This document shows positions 29,285 through 39,634 of a stretch of DNA of 64,000 nucleotides, in pieces. A model generated the notes under the pieces. The model searched no databases and was not told the DNA's origin. It saw nothing but the letters and a program-made list of their open reading frames with translations. Every line of letters begins with the position of its first letter. The first letter of the stretch is position 1. A program made the position numbers and the translations under genes. This DNA is from an uncultured virus (IMG/VR IMGVR_UViG_3300042331_000187) (lineage: Duplodnaviria; Heunggongvirae; Uroviricota; Caudoviricetes), in the IMG/VR virus record IMGVR_UViG_3300042331_000187; one strand, given 5' to 3'.

Positions 29285-29697
29285 ACGTTCAGCTCGGCCA
29301 CCAGCTCCACGGTGATGCTGCTGATCTCATTGCCGGCCCATTGAATCGACGGCGGGCCGGCATACTCCCACAGGCAGCCGTCAGGGGAGCGCAGCATTGA
29401 ACGCAAGCCGGGGCGCTGCGGGCTGCTGCTTTGGCCGGTGGTGGTGACGCCCGCAAACGTCTCAGGCGGCAGCTCAAAGCGATCGTCCTCATCGATGTTT
29501 TCGTAGTGCCGCACCACCTGCAGGATGTCCCGATCGCGGCGGTTAGCAAAGGTGAGGCGCAGCTGATAGCCGAACTTTTTGTTTCCGTACCGGCGCTTTA
29601 CCGTCGTGCCCGCCATGGTGCGGAACACCTTTGTTGGGTAGGTGCCGAGCGTCATCTGCCGCTCGTTCGGTTTCAAATCGGGGAAGGTCGCGGCCAT
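29281..29697 (-). CDS. Distal tail protein (gpM-like position)
   Basis: Directly after tape measure; WEYAGPP. Confidence 0.65.
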   Translation of the reverse strand: MAATFPDLKPNERQMTLGTYPTKVFRTMAGTTVKRRYGNKKFGYQLRLTFANRRDRDILQVVRHYENIDEDDRFELPPETFAGVTTTGQSSSPQRPGLRSMLRSPDGCLWEYAGPPSIQWAGNEISSITVELVAELNV

Positions 29698-32600
29698 CAG
29701 CGGATGCCCACCTTGCTACGGGTTGCTGGGCTCTGTTGCAGTCTGTTTAGCGTCATGCTCATCCCCCGCTTGGCGCCATCATTGGCGGCACGCTTGCGGG
29801 TCTCGGCCATTGCCGATTCGAGCTGGTCACGGGAGACGTACTCCACCCCGTTGATCGTGGTGGTCTCGAAGCTCATGCTCAGCACCGGCGAGGCGTTGCT
29901 GCCGGCAGGTGATGCACCCATCAGCTCGCGCATCCGATCGCCACGGTTGCCGTCCGGGGCCTGCAGCGCCACGGGGATCCGGCGGCCATCAGGCAGCGGC
30001 ACATAGGCCTCATTCATCGAGCCTTCGCCGAATAGGGCCACCTGGGGGGTGCTGGCGACGCCACCGCGAGAGTAGGCCTTCAGCGGCAGCGGGCCGGATG
30101 GGGACATGATGCCGCCGTTGGCGAAGCCGGTAGTGGGGAAGCTGAGGGCGGGGCTGATGCCACCAGCGCCGAACGGGCCGACAGAGGAACCAGAGAACCC
30201 GCCAACTGCAGATCCACCGATCCCAGCGAACATCCGGGCGATGCCGATGGCGATGTACTGGGCGATCATCTTCTTTGCCGTGTCAATCAGCGCGCTGGCG
30301 ATGCCCTGCAGGAAGTCGGCGAACACCTCCTTGGCGGACTTGGTGCCGGCGATCATCTCCGCCATGCCGTTGGTCGCCAGGGTGGCCGCAGCATCAGCCG
30401 CTTGGCCAATCGCCGGGTACTTCTGCAGGATCTCATCGAGCTGCGCCTTCTGCTGCTCCAGCACGTTAAACACCGTCGGCTCGGATGCTTGGCGGGCGAG
30501 GTCTTGCATCATGCGCCGGCGCTCCATCAGGATCTCGTTCAGATCCTGTTCTGCCCTGAGCCGAGCCAGTGCCAGCTGTTGCTCCTTTTCGCGCTCCAGT
30601 CCTTCGCGGATGGCGGCGGTTTCAGCCACGCCGCCGAGCCGGGCGATTTCCTCTTCAATCGCCTTCAGGTTCTGCAGCTTCTCAAAATGCTGCTGGGTGA
30701 TATTGTCAATCTCAATTTCTAACTCTAACCGGCGGCGCTGCTCATCGGTTGTGGCACCTAGCAAGCTCCTTTCGTTATAAAGCTGCAAGGCGGTCTTGGC
30801 CCGTTCTTCGTTGAACTGTTCGAGCTGTTTCTGTGCGGCGGCTTGCTGTTCTTGGAGTTGCTCCATTGCGGCCATGCTTTCCTCGTAGCCGGCGACTTGA
30901 GCTTGCGCCTGTTCGACAGCGCCAAACCCAATATTTTCCATTGAGCCCCCAAAGAATGTGCTCAGCGCTTTCTGGCGATGCGGCCCCATCCGTTGCACTC
31001 CGCTCACGGCGCTAGTGCCGAATGAGTCGCGGGCGTTGCGATTGGCGCGAGGGTTGCCGGCCAGTACGGTGGTATAGAGATCCAACAGGCTGGCCCCTTG
31101 GGTGCTCATGCCCACACCCTTGAAGCGGTCTTGGAAGTACCGCACGACGGGCCCCATTACCTGCTCCTCGAACGACTGGCCGGGAGTGACGCCGTACTGC
31201 CGCCGTTCAGGTGCGCCGAACTGGATCAGGCCCTGGTAGTTGCCGCCAGCGCCGCCACGGATTGACGGGCTGAAGGTGCCGGCGGTCTCAAAGCTGATGA
31301 TCGTCGCCAGGTCGAGCGGGCTGACGCCGAGCTTTTGAGCCGCAGCAACCAGCGCCTTGCCGCGGCTGGAGATCTCAAACCTCGGGGCGGCAGCGGCGGT
31401 GGGTTGGCGCCCGGCCCCAGCACCCGCCCCTCCACCAGCCGGCACAACCGGCAGCGGCACTGCAGCGGCCGGCACGCCTGTGATCTGCTGCGCACGGGCA
31501 AACGCCGCATCGCGGGCCCCGGCAAAACGCGACACGTAGGCGCTTGATGCCTGATTCCTGCGCGTCACCGCAGCGCTCGGCGTGTAGGTCAGGCCCCGAC
31601 GCTCGGCCATCGCCTTGGCCGCGGCCTCTGCATCCTGCACGCCCACCAGTCCGGTGAGCAGCTCGTCAAGGCCCTCGATCGCGAACTTCACGCCGATCGT
31701 GATCAGGCCGATTTTGCCCAGCGTGCCCAGTACCGTCAGCAGCCGGCCGGCACTGGTGGCCGCGGCGGTTGATGCGGTGCCGGCGGCAGTAGCGGAGGCG
31801 GTGTAGGCGTTCAGGGCTGCAGTGGCGGCCCGAATCCCGCCGATGGCGTTCATTGCCGTGGTCAGGCTCACGACGGCCACACCAGCCGCCGCCGCTGCCA
31901 CGCCCACATTGCGCACCGGCTCGGGGAGCTTGTTGACTTCCTGCAGCAGCTGGGTTGCCGCCTTGGCCATCGCCAGCGCCGTGGGCAGCAGCGCCTCTCC
32001 GATCTCGATCTGCAGCTCCTGCCCCGCAATCTGCAGGTTGCGGAACTGTTGCGCCGGGCCCTTCATCGCCTCGGCCAGCTTGGGGGCGCCGTCGCGTTCA
32101 ATCCGCCCTAAGGCTGTCAACACGATGTCGCCGGTGATTTTGCCTTCCTTCGCCAGCTCGCGGATCTGGCCGATCGGCACACCCATCACCTGAGCGATGC
32201 TCTGCACCACTGCCGGGGTCTGCTCAAAGACGCTGTTCAGCTCTTCGCCGCGCAGGACGCCAGTGCCCAGCGCCTGGCTCAGCTGCAGGAACGCCGCGCT
32301 TGCCTCAGTTGAGGTGGTGCCGCTCAGCTTGGCCGCCGTGTTGAATCCGTTGTAGACGGTGCTGACTTCCTCCAGCGTCAGCCCGATTGGCCGCAGCCTG
32401 GCGTAGATCTGCGCGAACTCTTGATTGGCCTGCGTCTGCGCAGTGCCGAACTTTTGCGCAGCAGCAGTGGCGGCGGCCTGCACCCTGCTGTAATCGTCAA
32501 GCCCCTGCGACAGCGACCTCAACCGCCGCTCTGATTCCTCACTCGCCACCACGGCGCCCAGCGATCCGCCAATGGCCCTGCCAGCGCCGATGGTAGCCAG

Positions 32601-32972
32601 GCTGCTGGCGAGGCCTGCCGCCAACCTGCGGCCCATCGAATCACCAGCTGCGGTGGCCGTGGTGTCGAGCCCCCGCAGCTTCCCTTCGAGCTTTTGGATC
32701 TCGGCGCCGTACCGCTGAAACTCCCTGCTGCCGATCTTGGCCTGCTCCTGCAGGCCACGGAATGCGCCAATGCTGCTGCGGATCCCGGCGATCGTGTTGT
32801 CGTTGGCGCGGGCGAACTGGAACGTGGCCGCCCGCAAGGTGCTGATCTCGCGTGCCGTGGTCTGGCTGTTCTTGCCCAGATCCTGCAGCGACTTCTTCAC
32901 CCGGTCGATATTCCCGCCGCCCTTCACCTCGGCTGAGAGCCGGATGGCGGTATCCAGGCTCATTCGGGCCAT
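29697..32972 (-). CDS. Tape measure protein with embedded lytic-transglycosylase-like domain
   Basis: [54 protein letters not shown]. Confidence 0.9.
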   Translation of the reverse strand: MARMSLDTAIRLSAEVKGGGNIDRVKKSLQDLGKNSQTTAREISTLRAATFQFARANDNTIAGIRSSIGAFRGLQEQAKIGSREFQRYGAEIQKLEGKLRGLDTTATAAGDSMGRRLAAGLASSLATIGAGRAIGGSLGAVVASEESERRLRSLSQGLDDYSRVQAAATAAAQKFGTAQTQANQEFAQIYARLRPIGLTLEEVSTVYNGFNTAAKLSGTTSTEASAAFLQLSQALGTGVLRGEELNSVFEQTPAVVQSIAQVMGVPIGQIRELAKEGKITGDIVLTALGRIERDGAPKLAEAMKGPAQQFRNLQIAGQELQIEIGEALLPTALAMAKAATQLLQEVNKLPEPVRNVGVAAAAAGVAVVSLTTAMNAIGGIRAATAALNAYTASATAAGTASTAAATSAGRLLTVLGTLGKIGLITIGVKFAIEGLDELLTGLVGVQDAEAAAKAMAERRGLTYTPSAAVTRRNQASSAYVSRFAGARDAAFARAQQITGVPAAAVPLPVVPAGGGAGAGAGRQPTAAAAPRFEISSRGKALVAAAQKLGVSPLDLATIISFETAGTFSPSIRGGAGGNYQGLIQFGAPERRQYGVTPGQSFEEQVMGPVVRYFQDRFKGVGMSTQGASLLDLYTTVLAGNPRANRNARDSFGTSAVSGVQRMGPHRQKALSTFFGGSMENIGFGAVEQAQAQVAGYEESMAAMEQLQEQQAAAQKQLEQFNEERAKTALQLYNERSLLGATTDEQRRRLELEIEIDNITQQHFEKLQNLKAIEEEIARLGGVAETAAIREGLEREKEQQLALARLRAEQDLNEILMERRRMMQDLARQASEPTVFNVLEQQKAQLDEILQKYPAIGQAADAAATLATNGMAEMIAGTKSAKEVFADFLQGIASALIDTAKKMIAQYIAIGIARMFAGIGGSAVGGFSGSSVGPFGAGGISPALSFPTTGFANGGIMSPSGPLPLKAYSRGGVASTPQVALFGEGSMNEAYVPLPDGRRIPVALQAPDGNRGDRMRELMGASPAGSNASPVLSMSFETTTINGVEYVSRDQLESAMAETRKRAANDGAKRGMSMTLNRLQQSPATRSKVGIR

Positions 32973-33003
32973 TGATTATCCGATCGCCATTCCTGAGATC
33001 AGC

Positions 33004-33357
33004 CTACGGATCCGCCCTCATCACCCCCAGGAACTCCCGCTCCACCAACCGCAGATCCTCCAGCAGCCACAGCCGGTCCTGGCGTTTCACGCCCTCATCC
33101 TTGGCCCACAGGAAGAACACCTGATAGTCCAGCCCCACAGGGCCATTCATCCCCATCCGCCACTGGGTCTGCAGCTTCATAAACCACCCGATCGCCTCGA
33201 CGTTTTCCGCCAGCAGGCCGAACGTCTCCGGCCGCCGCTCTACCTCAGGCACCGCCAGGCCGAACATGGCTGCAGCATCAGCCGCATCCTTGCCATCGTC
33301 GGCTGGGTCGCCCTTCGCGGCAGCGGCGAGGAACCGCGCCGCGTCGATCAGTTTTTT
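33004..33357 (-). CDS. Tail assembly chaperone, frameshifted extension (gpGT-like)
   Basis: The -1 frame is open from the slippery site: LIDAARFLAAA...MFGL...TQWRMGMNGPVGLDY. Confidence 0.8.
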   Translation of the reverse strand, partial: KKLIDAARFLAAAAKGDPADDGKDAADAAAMFGLAVPEVERRPETFGLLAENVEAIGWFMKLQTQWRMGMNGPVGLDYQVFFLWAKDEGVKRQDRLWLLEDLRLVEREFLGVMRADP

Positions 33358-33803
33358 GCGCGGAACCCTCCAGCCTTCGCGGCGGCCTTCTCAGAGGGCT
33401 GGCCCAGGCTTTCAAGCCAGGCCTTGAAGATTGCAGCGCTGGCGCCCTGCACCCGGTAGAGCTGGGCTTTAGTGGCGTCGCTGAACTCGATCGGCTCGCC
33501 ATCCTCGCCCACCACCTCATCACCCCAGCCGCAGAGCACCTCATCAGCCAGGTCCTGATAGGTGCAGGGCAGCGGGTCGCTCAGCGAGGCTTCCTCATCC
33601 TTGGCGTAGCCCTGCAGCGCCTCAATGCGCTTACGCATCGCCACCAACATCTGATTGTGCTGATCCTGCAGCGCCTGCGCGTCCTGCTCATCGAGAACGC
33701 TGAAATGAGCGGTGAACTTGTAGGGCTTCTTGACTCCACCTTTGGCCGGCAGGTCAACACTCACCGGCCATTCGATGTGGTCGGGCTGAAACAGGTGGAA
33801 CAT
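33348..33803 (-). CDS. Tail assembly chaperone (gpG-like)
   Basis: Between tail tube and tape measure genes; ends GCA AAA AAC TGA. Confidence 0.85.
   Translation of the reverse strand: MFHLFQPDHIEWPVSVDLPAKGGVKKPYKFTAHFSVLDEQDAQALQDQHNQMLVAMRKRIEALQGYAKDEEASLSDPLPCTYQDLADEVLCGWGDEVVGEDGEPIEFSDATKAQLYRVQGASAAIFKAWLESLGQPSEKAAAKAGGFRAKN
33351..33357 (-). other. -1 ribosomal frameshift heptamer A AAA AAC
   Basis: X XXY YYZ pattern immediately before the stop; -1 frame joins the next ORF. Confidence 0.8.
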
Positions 33804-33809
33804 GGCGAA

Positions 33810-34994
33810 TCAGAAGAAGATCAGGCGGGTTTCGTCGTTCTGCGTCTTGGGCAGCGCAGTAAACGGGATCTGCAGCATGTCGATTCCATCGGAATCGCTG
33901 AACGACAGATCGCCGCTAATCGCAGCCTTCGGGCAGAAGAAGATGGAGCTTTCCGTTGCTGCCGTACCCTGTTGCACCACGAACGGGCCATCGCTGGCGC
34001 CGCTGTTGTCAGCAGCAGCAGTGAAGTAGTTTTTGGTCGCAACCGGCGGATTTTCAATCGTCAGCGTTCCATTGGGGTTCGGGCGATCGGTGATACGGGC
34101 GCGAGGCTCGCAGTTGATCAGCGAACGGAACGAGGTAGTGAGACCCCAGTCGAAGGTGAAGCCCTCGGTGCAGGGCCCGTAGCCCTGGAACCGCAGCGCC
34201 TTGGTGTGGCGCGGGGTGACGGGCACCGGCTCGGCCTGGTTGCCGTAGGTGAAGGCCTCGGCGCTCTTTGCGGTCGGGGTGACGTACTTGCCGATGCCGG
34301 TGATCGTGAAGGTGCCGTAGCTGTTCAGCGGTGAGTTGAGCGCTGGGGAGCCGCGGAAGCCTTCGATGCGGTGCACGTTCTGATCCTTCACCGCCACCAG
34401 CGTGCAGCTAGAGCCGTTGCCAAAGGTGCTGATCGGCTGGTAGAGCGACAGCGCGGGAATCTTGTAGTTCACTGTGCCACCGGTGAACGATGCCGTGGAC
34501 GCCACCACCGTCACCTCTCGGGTAGTGCCGTTGTGGGCCACGATCACGCCCTTGTCACCGGCATTGGCGCCGCTGGTGATCTCAATCGGGAAACCCACGT
34601 AGGCGTCAGTCGCTGGGTTGCTGCCGCCCAGGTTCGCCAGGGTGATAGTGTTGGCGCCGCCTGCAGTGGCCGTGCCGGAGATCTCAGCCGATGCGGCCAG
34701 ATTCATGCCGGCCGCCAGCAGCAGCGGAGAGAACCGGGGTGCGGTGGCAGCAACACCGGAGCCGCCCCACTCGAATGTCACCGTGACGGCGACGTGCTCA
34801 TTGGTGAGCGGCTGACGGTCAGCGCCGAGGAACCCCTTGATCAAGTCCCGTTCGACTCGGGTGCCGGTGTACGGGTTCACTTCCAGCGAGGTGATCTTCA
34901 CTGCATCGGTGGCGCCGATCGCGCTGGCCAGGGTGCCGTAAGCGGTTTCCGTCTTGGCCAGCAAGAACGAATTACGGATCAGGAGAGCAGTCAT
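33810..34994 (-). CDS. Major tail tube protein
   Basis: LLAKTETAYG..; position upstream of chaperones. Confidence 0.8.
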   Translation of the reverse strand: MTALLIRNSFLLAKTETAYGTLASAIGATDAVKITSLEVNPYTGTRVERDLIKGFLGADRQPLTNEHVAVTVTFEWGGSGVAATAPRFSPLLLAAGMNLAASAEISGTATAGGANTITLANLGGSNPATDAYVGFPIEITSGANAGDKGVIVAHNGTTREVTVVASTASFTGGTVNYKIPALSLYQPISTFGNGSSCTLVAVKDQNVHRIEGFRGSPALNSPLNSYGTFTITGIGKYVTPTAKSAEAFTYGNQAEPVPVTPRHTKALRFQGYGPCTEGFTFDWGLTTSFRSLINCEPRARITDRPNPNGTLTIENPPVATKNYFTAAADNSGASDGPFVVQQGTAATESSIFFCPKAAISGDLSFSDSDGIDMLQIPFTALPKTQNDETRLIFF

Positions 34995-35134
34995 CAGTCC
35001 TTGGCCTTGCTGGGTTGGGCGGGCTTGGCGGGCTCAGCTTTGGGCGGCTGGTAGTCAGCAGCAGACACCATCTCGCCGCTGGGGAGCATCACGTACTCAC
35101 CAGACTCGCCGTGGTGCTCGAATTGTTCCGCCAT
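34994..35134 (-). CDS. Small hypothetical protein
   Basis: MAEQFEHHGESGEYVMLPSGEMV; TGATG coupling to tail tube gene. Confidence 0.55.
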   Translation of the reverse strand: MAEQFEHHGESGEYVMLPSGEMVSAADYQPPKAEPAKPAQPSKAKD

Positions 35135-35177
35135 GGATGGGGGCTGAGCGTCCTGGCCTCAGGCTACGGAGGCCGGC

Positions 35178-35627
35178 TCAGGGCAGCTGATCGATCGCGT
35201 CGTCTCGGGTGCGATACCGGATCAGGAACCGATACTGCATCCACCCAGCAGAGGCGTCAGCCTGCTCATACTCAGGCCGGAAGCCATCGGGCTGCACGTC
35301 ATGGGCTAGGCCGCCCATCGTGCGGTCGGCCATCATCCGGGCGTGCACGTCAACGCCGATCGGGTCCGCTAGCTGGTCGGGCACGTCGCCGCGCACATAG
35401 ATTTCAACCAGTACCGGCAGCGCCTGATCCAGGCGCCCCAGGCCGGCGCCGATGGTGCGTGGTGCGTTGACCGGGTTGTCTTCGCCGGGGCTGATCGTGA
35501 TCGCTGGCGCCTCGGACTTGGAGTAGGCCTGCGCACGGCTGCGGTAGATCCGCTGGCCCACCTGCACCGTGCCGGGAAGGGTGACGCTACGGATGCGTTC
35601 GAGGATCTGTTCGCGGATACTTGCCAT
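35178..35627 (-). CDS. Tail terminator/completion protein
   Basis: MASIREQIL...IYRSR...YRT. Confidence 0.75.
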   Translation of the reverse strand: MASIREQILERIRSVTLPGTVQVGQRIYRSRAQAYSKSEAPAITISPGEDNPVNAPRTIGAGLGRLDQALPVLVEIYVRGDVPDQLADPIGVDVHARMMADRTMGGLAHDVQPDGFRPEYEQADASAGWMQYRFLIRYRTRDDAIDQLP

Positions 35628-35883
35628 GGGCTCAGGCTAAAAAGGCTGCACCAGATCGAACACCACCCAAGCGCAGACGACCGCGACGCCCAGCGCCACT
35701 GGTAGGGGCACGGCACTCAGCAGCCAGCCCAGCAGGCCGGCCACCAGTGCAACGGCCGCGGTGAAGCGGATTAGATAGGGCATCACTCGACCCATCCAAT
35801 TCGCAGCAGCGCCACCAGCAGCACCGCAACGGCAACGCTAACTGGGGCCATCATCACGGCGATCATTGCGACATCAGTCCAGG

Positions 35884-36717
35884 TCATGGGATAACAGCTC
35901 CGAATGCGTTGATTAGGGTGGTCACGCGGGCGTCAAGTAGGGCGAGGTCCAGGGCCTCGCCTATGCTGTAGAAGGCGAGGCGGGCGTTGGAGAAATCGCC
36001 GCCGTTCCTAGAGAAAACATCAATAGGAACCGCTGCCGGGGCGGAGCTGCTTTCGTTGATCGTTGTACTTGCTCCGCTAAACCTTACAGTGCATTGAGTG
36101 TCGCTAGATCTAGACCCACCAAATAGCCCTGTAAATGGTGTAGCGTTTGCCGTACTTGACGTGCCTGAGGTGTTTATGCGCGCAACCACTACGCTGGCGG
36201 TTGTTAGAATATGCGTTGATCCAACGGCTCCGCTGGGGCTTCGCGAGGCAATCGCAGCTCTAGTGGCATTGCGTGTTTCCGATTCGGAGGTGAATACTGC
36301 GACATGCTTGCTATTTTGTGGGTCAGCGCTATTACTCCTATTGCTATCTAAATAGTTATTGGTCCCATTCGCCTGTAACCCCGTCTTTCGGTTGTAATTC
36401 CACCCGCCAGCCGTGCCAAACCGTGTCGGCGCCGTCCCCACCAACGGCGTCAGCGCACCGGCCAGCGTGCGGGCGCCGGCCATGATCGGCGCGGCCTTGA
36501 TGATGCTGTTGGCTTGGCTCAGCACGCCGCCGCTGGTGCCCAGGTCGCCGACGTTGATTGAGTCGCGGATGAACACGTCGTAGGCGTCACGCACGCCAAC
36601 CTCTAGGCCCAGCGTGTTGCCCGCTGCTACATCAGCAGCCACCACCCGGTCGATGTAATCCTGAACAGGGCCGATGTAGGCGCTAAACCTCCCCGTTCCA
36701 ACCCAGATAATCGCCAT
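35884..36717 (-). CDS. Hypothetical virion-associated protein
   Basis: YNRKTGLQANGTNNYL; RLAFYSIGE. Confidence 0.65.
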   Translation of the reverse strand: MAIIWVGTGRFSAYIGPVQDYIDRVVAADVAAGNTLGLEVGVRDAYDVFIRDSINVGDLGTSGGVLSQANSIIKAAPIMAGARTLAGALTPLVGTAPTRFGTAGGWNYNRKTGLQANGTNNYLDSNRSNSADPQNSKHVAVFTSESETRNATRAAIASRSPSGAVGSTHILTTASVVVARINTSGTSSTANATPFTGLFGGSRSSDTQCTVRFSGASTTINESSSAPAAVPIDVFSRNGGDFSNARLAFYSIGEALDLALLDARVTTLINAFGAVIP

Positions 36718-37250
36718 CAGCTCACCCCCGGCGACAGCGAGTAAACGCCCGACAGGCGGTGCTCATCCATCAGCGCCAGCAGCTCAGCCAGCCCCTCGGC
36801 GCTCAACTGGAGCTGGCCCAGCAGCAGCCAGACTGCCTGCTGCAGTGCAGGGCGGTTTTCGCGGCCACTGAGGGAGTCCTGGATCGCGCCGAGAAACACC
36901 GTCATCGCGGCGGCCTGATCGCCACTTTTCCCCGGCGTGGCCACCACGGCGCCATACACCTGGCTGGCCAGCAGGGCGTCATAGAACGACCGATAGTTCG
37001 GCTCCGGCGGGGGCGGCGGCGGCAGATCCTGAACGTCCCAGCCCCAGATCCAGGTCAGCGCCTCAGGGTTCACAGCGCGAGTTTCTGACAGGCGCTGCGT
37101 GGCAGGGTCGTACTCAGGCTGAGGCTCCCGCACCACCTGCAGCGCGAAAAGCGGCGGCTGCTCCAGCCCCACGACCGGCTCATCGTCGCCGCGTGGGTAA
37201 TCGCGGATCTCGTTGGTCTGGCTGTTCCAGATCACCAGGTTGGCCATCAT
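36717..37250 (-). CDS. Hypothetical protein
   Basis: Coupled ORF; PEYDPATQRL. Confidence 0.65.
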   Translation of the reverse strand: MMANLVIWNSQTNEIRDYPRGDDEPVVGLEQPPLFALQVVREPQPEYDPATQRLSETRAVNPEALTWIWGWDVQDLPPPPPPEPNYRSFYDALLASQVYGAVVATPGKSGDQAAAMTVFLGAIQDSLSGRENRPALQQAVWLLLGQLQLSAEGLAELLALMDEHRLSGVYSLSPGVS

Positions 37251-38662
37251 GCCCTCCGCACGAACAGCGAGACCTTCAGGCCCGCACCGGCCACCGTTGA
37301 ACCGATCTGGTCAATATCGATGCTGATCTCGGCGTCGTCCGCCAGGCTGGAATCGGTGATCGTCGCGGCGCTAGCTGCTGTGGTGCTACTGAACTCGCTG
37401 GCGTCGATGCTGAGTTTCGTGCCCAGCACGCTGGCGCCTGCCTCGTTCACGTCCACGATCAGCGTGCTGCCGGTCGGCGCTGTGTTCACATTGGCCCGCA
37501 CCGCCAGCAGCGTGGCAGCAAACGGCATCCTGAATCTCACCCGGTTGGTGCCGGTGGTGAGCGCGGTGGTCTCGTCGCCAACAGGAATCACGATTACATC
37601 GGAATCGCGCTGGTGGGCGTGATCCTCCCTGGCGTAGTCTGCGCTGCTGCCGATGGCTGCAGTGGCCGCCAGCGGCTGCGGGGCGGCGTCGGCGGGGGAG
37701 GGAATGGCAGGGCGCCCGCTTAGATCGCCATAGGCCCCCGTGAATCCCACCCGGGCCATCGCCGCGCCGGTGTTCACCAGGATGGTCCCGGTGTTGACGT
37801 TCACCCTCACTACGCTGCCGACCTGCTGCACCTCGCCAGATGCCGGGATCGTCGCCACCATGGCGCCACCAGCGCCGACATAGAGCTGATCGCCCAGCTG
37901 ATAGCTATTGGAATTGAACGGCCTCAGCTCGCCCAAGATCACGGCATCGCCGGGGTCGTTGTTGGCAAGGGTGGTCTCCAGCACGGCGATCGCCGGCATT
38001 TTGAGCGGATCGGTCGGGTCGCAGGCCGCCACTGTGATCCGATCGGTGTCGCCCACGCTGCCGGTCGCATAGACCGCCGTGCCCGCTGCTAGCGGGCCGC
38101 CGCTGGTGTTTTTGACGTGAACGTAAAAATTGCCGGCGATGCTGCCGTGGATGTGGGGGATGACGACCGGCGCCGTGCCGGTGATCGTCAGGCCGGTGAA
38201 TGATGGGCTGTCAGCCGTGCCCAGGCCCAGCAGCGTGCGCTGTGCGGCCGCGTCAAGGGCCTCCACCATGGCGCGGCCTGCCACGCTGCTGGCGCTGGTC
38301 CACCATGCCGCGATGGCCTGCCGCACCCGTTGCGCGGTAAACGCCCGTCGGGTCGTCGCGGTGCCGGTCTCGGCCTCAGCCTGCTCGATTGTGGCAGCGG
38401 TCCATTCGCGGGCGTCGCTCAGCCGGGCGTCGCTCAACCCCACATAGGCCGCGTCACCCTCGGCGGCGGTCAGGTAGCCAGGATGCGGGTCTGCAGCTGC
38501 TACGTGGGCAGCCACAGCACTGCTGATCGCGCCAGCCGCCAGATTCGCGATCGCCTGGGTGCTGGCGTCCACCGTGGCGCCGTTCTGATCCATCGGCACC
38601 CGCTCGGTTCCATCGAGCGGGGTCGTGGCGTTCGGCAGGCCTGTGATCGTGGTTTCAGCCAT
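37247..38662 (-). CDS. Fiber-like structural protein
   Basis: AHVAAADPHPGY, DARLSDAR, YAREDHAH fiber motifs. Confidence 0.7.
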   Translation of the reverse strand: MAETTITGLPNATTPLDGTERVPMDQNGATVDASTQAIANLAAGAISSAVAAHVAAADPHPGYLTAAEGDAAYVGLSDARLSDAREWTAATIEQAEAETGTATTRRAFTAQRVRQAIAAWWTSASSVAGRAMVEALDAAAQRTLLGLGTADSPSFTGLTITGTAPVVIPHIHGSIAGNFYVHVKNTSGGPLAAGTAVYATGSVGDTDRITVAACDPTDPLKMPAIAVLETTLANNDPGDAVILGELRPFNSNSYQLGDQLYVGAGGAMVATIPASGEVQQVGSVVRVNVNTGTILVNTGAAMARVGFTGAYGDLSGRPAIPSPADAAPQPLAATAAIGSSADYAREDHAHQRDSDVIVIPVGDETTALTTGTNRVRFRMPFAATLLAVRANVNTAPTGSTLIVDVNEAGASVLGTKLSIDASEFSSTTAASAATITDSSLADDAEISIDIDQIGSTVAGAGLKVSLFVRRA

Positions 38663-38664
38663 GC

Positions 38665-39024
38665 CTACAGAATGCGGAGTTGCTTGTTATTCAGGGTCGT
38701 GATCCGCAGGCCGCTCAGCGTGGTGAGGTACGTGACAGCTGCCTCCACCATCTCCAGCACCATCACGCAGAACCGGCCATCAGCTAGCCGTAGCGGCTCA
38801 TGCTGCAGCCTGTATGTCTGCCCTTCGTGCTGCACCTGGTCGCCATACTGCAAACCGCCGAACTGATCAGTCCTGGCAGTCAGCGCATAGTCCACCGTCA
38901 CCACGTTGTCATTCATAATGATCTGGCTAGCGCGGTCCATAAACCCCAAACCAACAACGGCCCCAGCAGTGACGCTGGAGCCGAAGTCAGCCAGCAGGAA
39001 ATCATCGGGGATTTCCTGGATCAT
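38665..39024 (-). CDS. Head-tail joining protein (gpFII-like)
   Basis: FLLADFG...GLQYGD..DGRF; synteny. Confidence 0.7.
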   Translation of the reverse strand: MIQEIPDDFLLADFGSSVTAGAVVGLGFMDRASQIIMNDNVVTVDYALTARTDQFGGLQYGDQVQHEGQTYRLQHEPLRLADGRFCVMVLEMVEAAVTYLTTLSGLRITTLNNKQLRIL

Positions 39025-39026
39025 GG

Positions 39027-39407
39027 TCAGACCGCGTAACGGGCGCCGCCGACTGCCACACAGCTCACGGCAGCCGAGTAGGAGGATGCCAGGCCGGAGA
39101 AGTTGATGCGCAGGAAGGGGCGCAGTTCCTCGCGGGCAACCGCCACTTTCTGGGTGCTGGCAGTAGCGGTCAGCTGAGCGAACGCGCCGTTGGGCACGTC
39201 TTCATAAGTGCCGCCGACGGTCAGCGAGTGCTGCAGCTTGGCGTTGATGGTTCCCGTCGAACTGGTGCCGGCGCTCAGGATGAACAGGGCGTCACCATCG
39301 ATGCCCGACAGATCGACGCCGGTGGTGTCGCTGTTGGAGCTGAGGGTCGCGGGAGTGCGGATGTTGAAGGTCTGGAGTTGCTCCAGGTTTCTGAGTTCAA
39401 TGGCCAT
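39027..39407 (-). CDS. Capsid-associated (cement-like) protein
   Basis: Beta-rich 126 aa downstream of capsid gene. Confidence 0.6.
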   Translation of the reverse strand: MAIELRNLEQLQTFNIRTPATLSSNSDTTGVDLSGIDGDALFILSAGTSSTGTINAKLQHSLTVGGTYEDVPNGAFAQLTATASTQKVAVAREELRPFLRINFSGLASSYSAAVSCVAVGGARYAV

Positions 39408-39410
39408 GGA

Positions 39411-39632
39411 TCAATCCTCCGGGGTGGGGGTGGGGTCAGGGGTGGAAGTCTTTGCAGAGCGCCGCGGCTTGGGTGGACAGGCCGGGGCGGGCTCAAGTTC
39501 GGGCTCTGGCGCAATTGACGCCATGCCCAGCGCCAGCAGCTCGTTGGCTGGGCCTTGAGGAAGGTCAGCCACCTCACCCATAGCGAGGTGGCGACCGTCT
39601 GCTCTGCAGTTCGAGAGAATCTGCAGCCTCAT
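39411..39632 (-). CDS. Small head-associated protein
   Basis: GEVADL...ANELLALG.A; follows capsid gene. Confidence 0.6.
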   Translation of the reverse strand: MRLQILSNCRADGRHLAMGEVADLPQGPANELLALGMASIAPEPELEPAPACPPKPRRSAKTSTPDPTPTPED

Positions 39633-39634
39633 AA

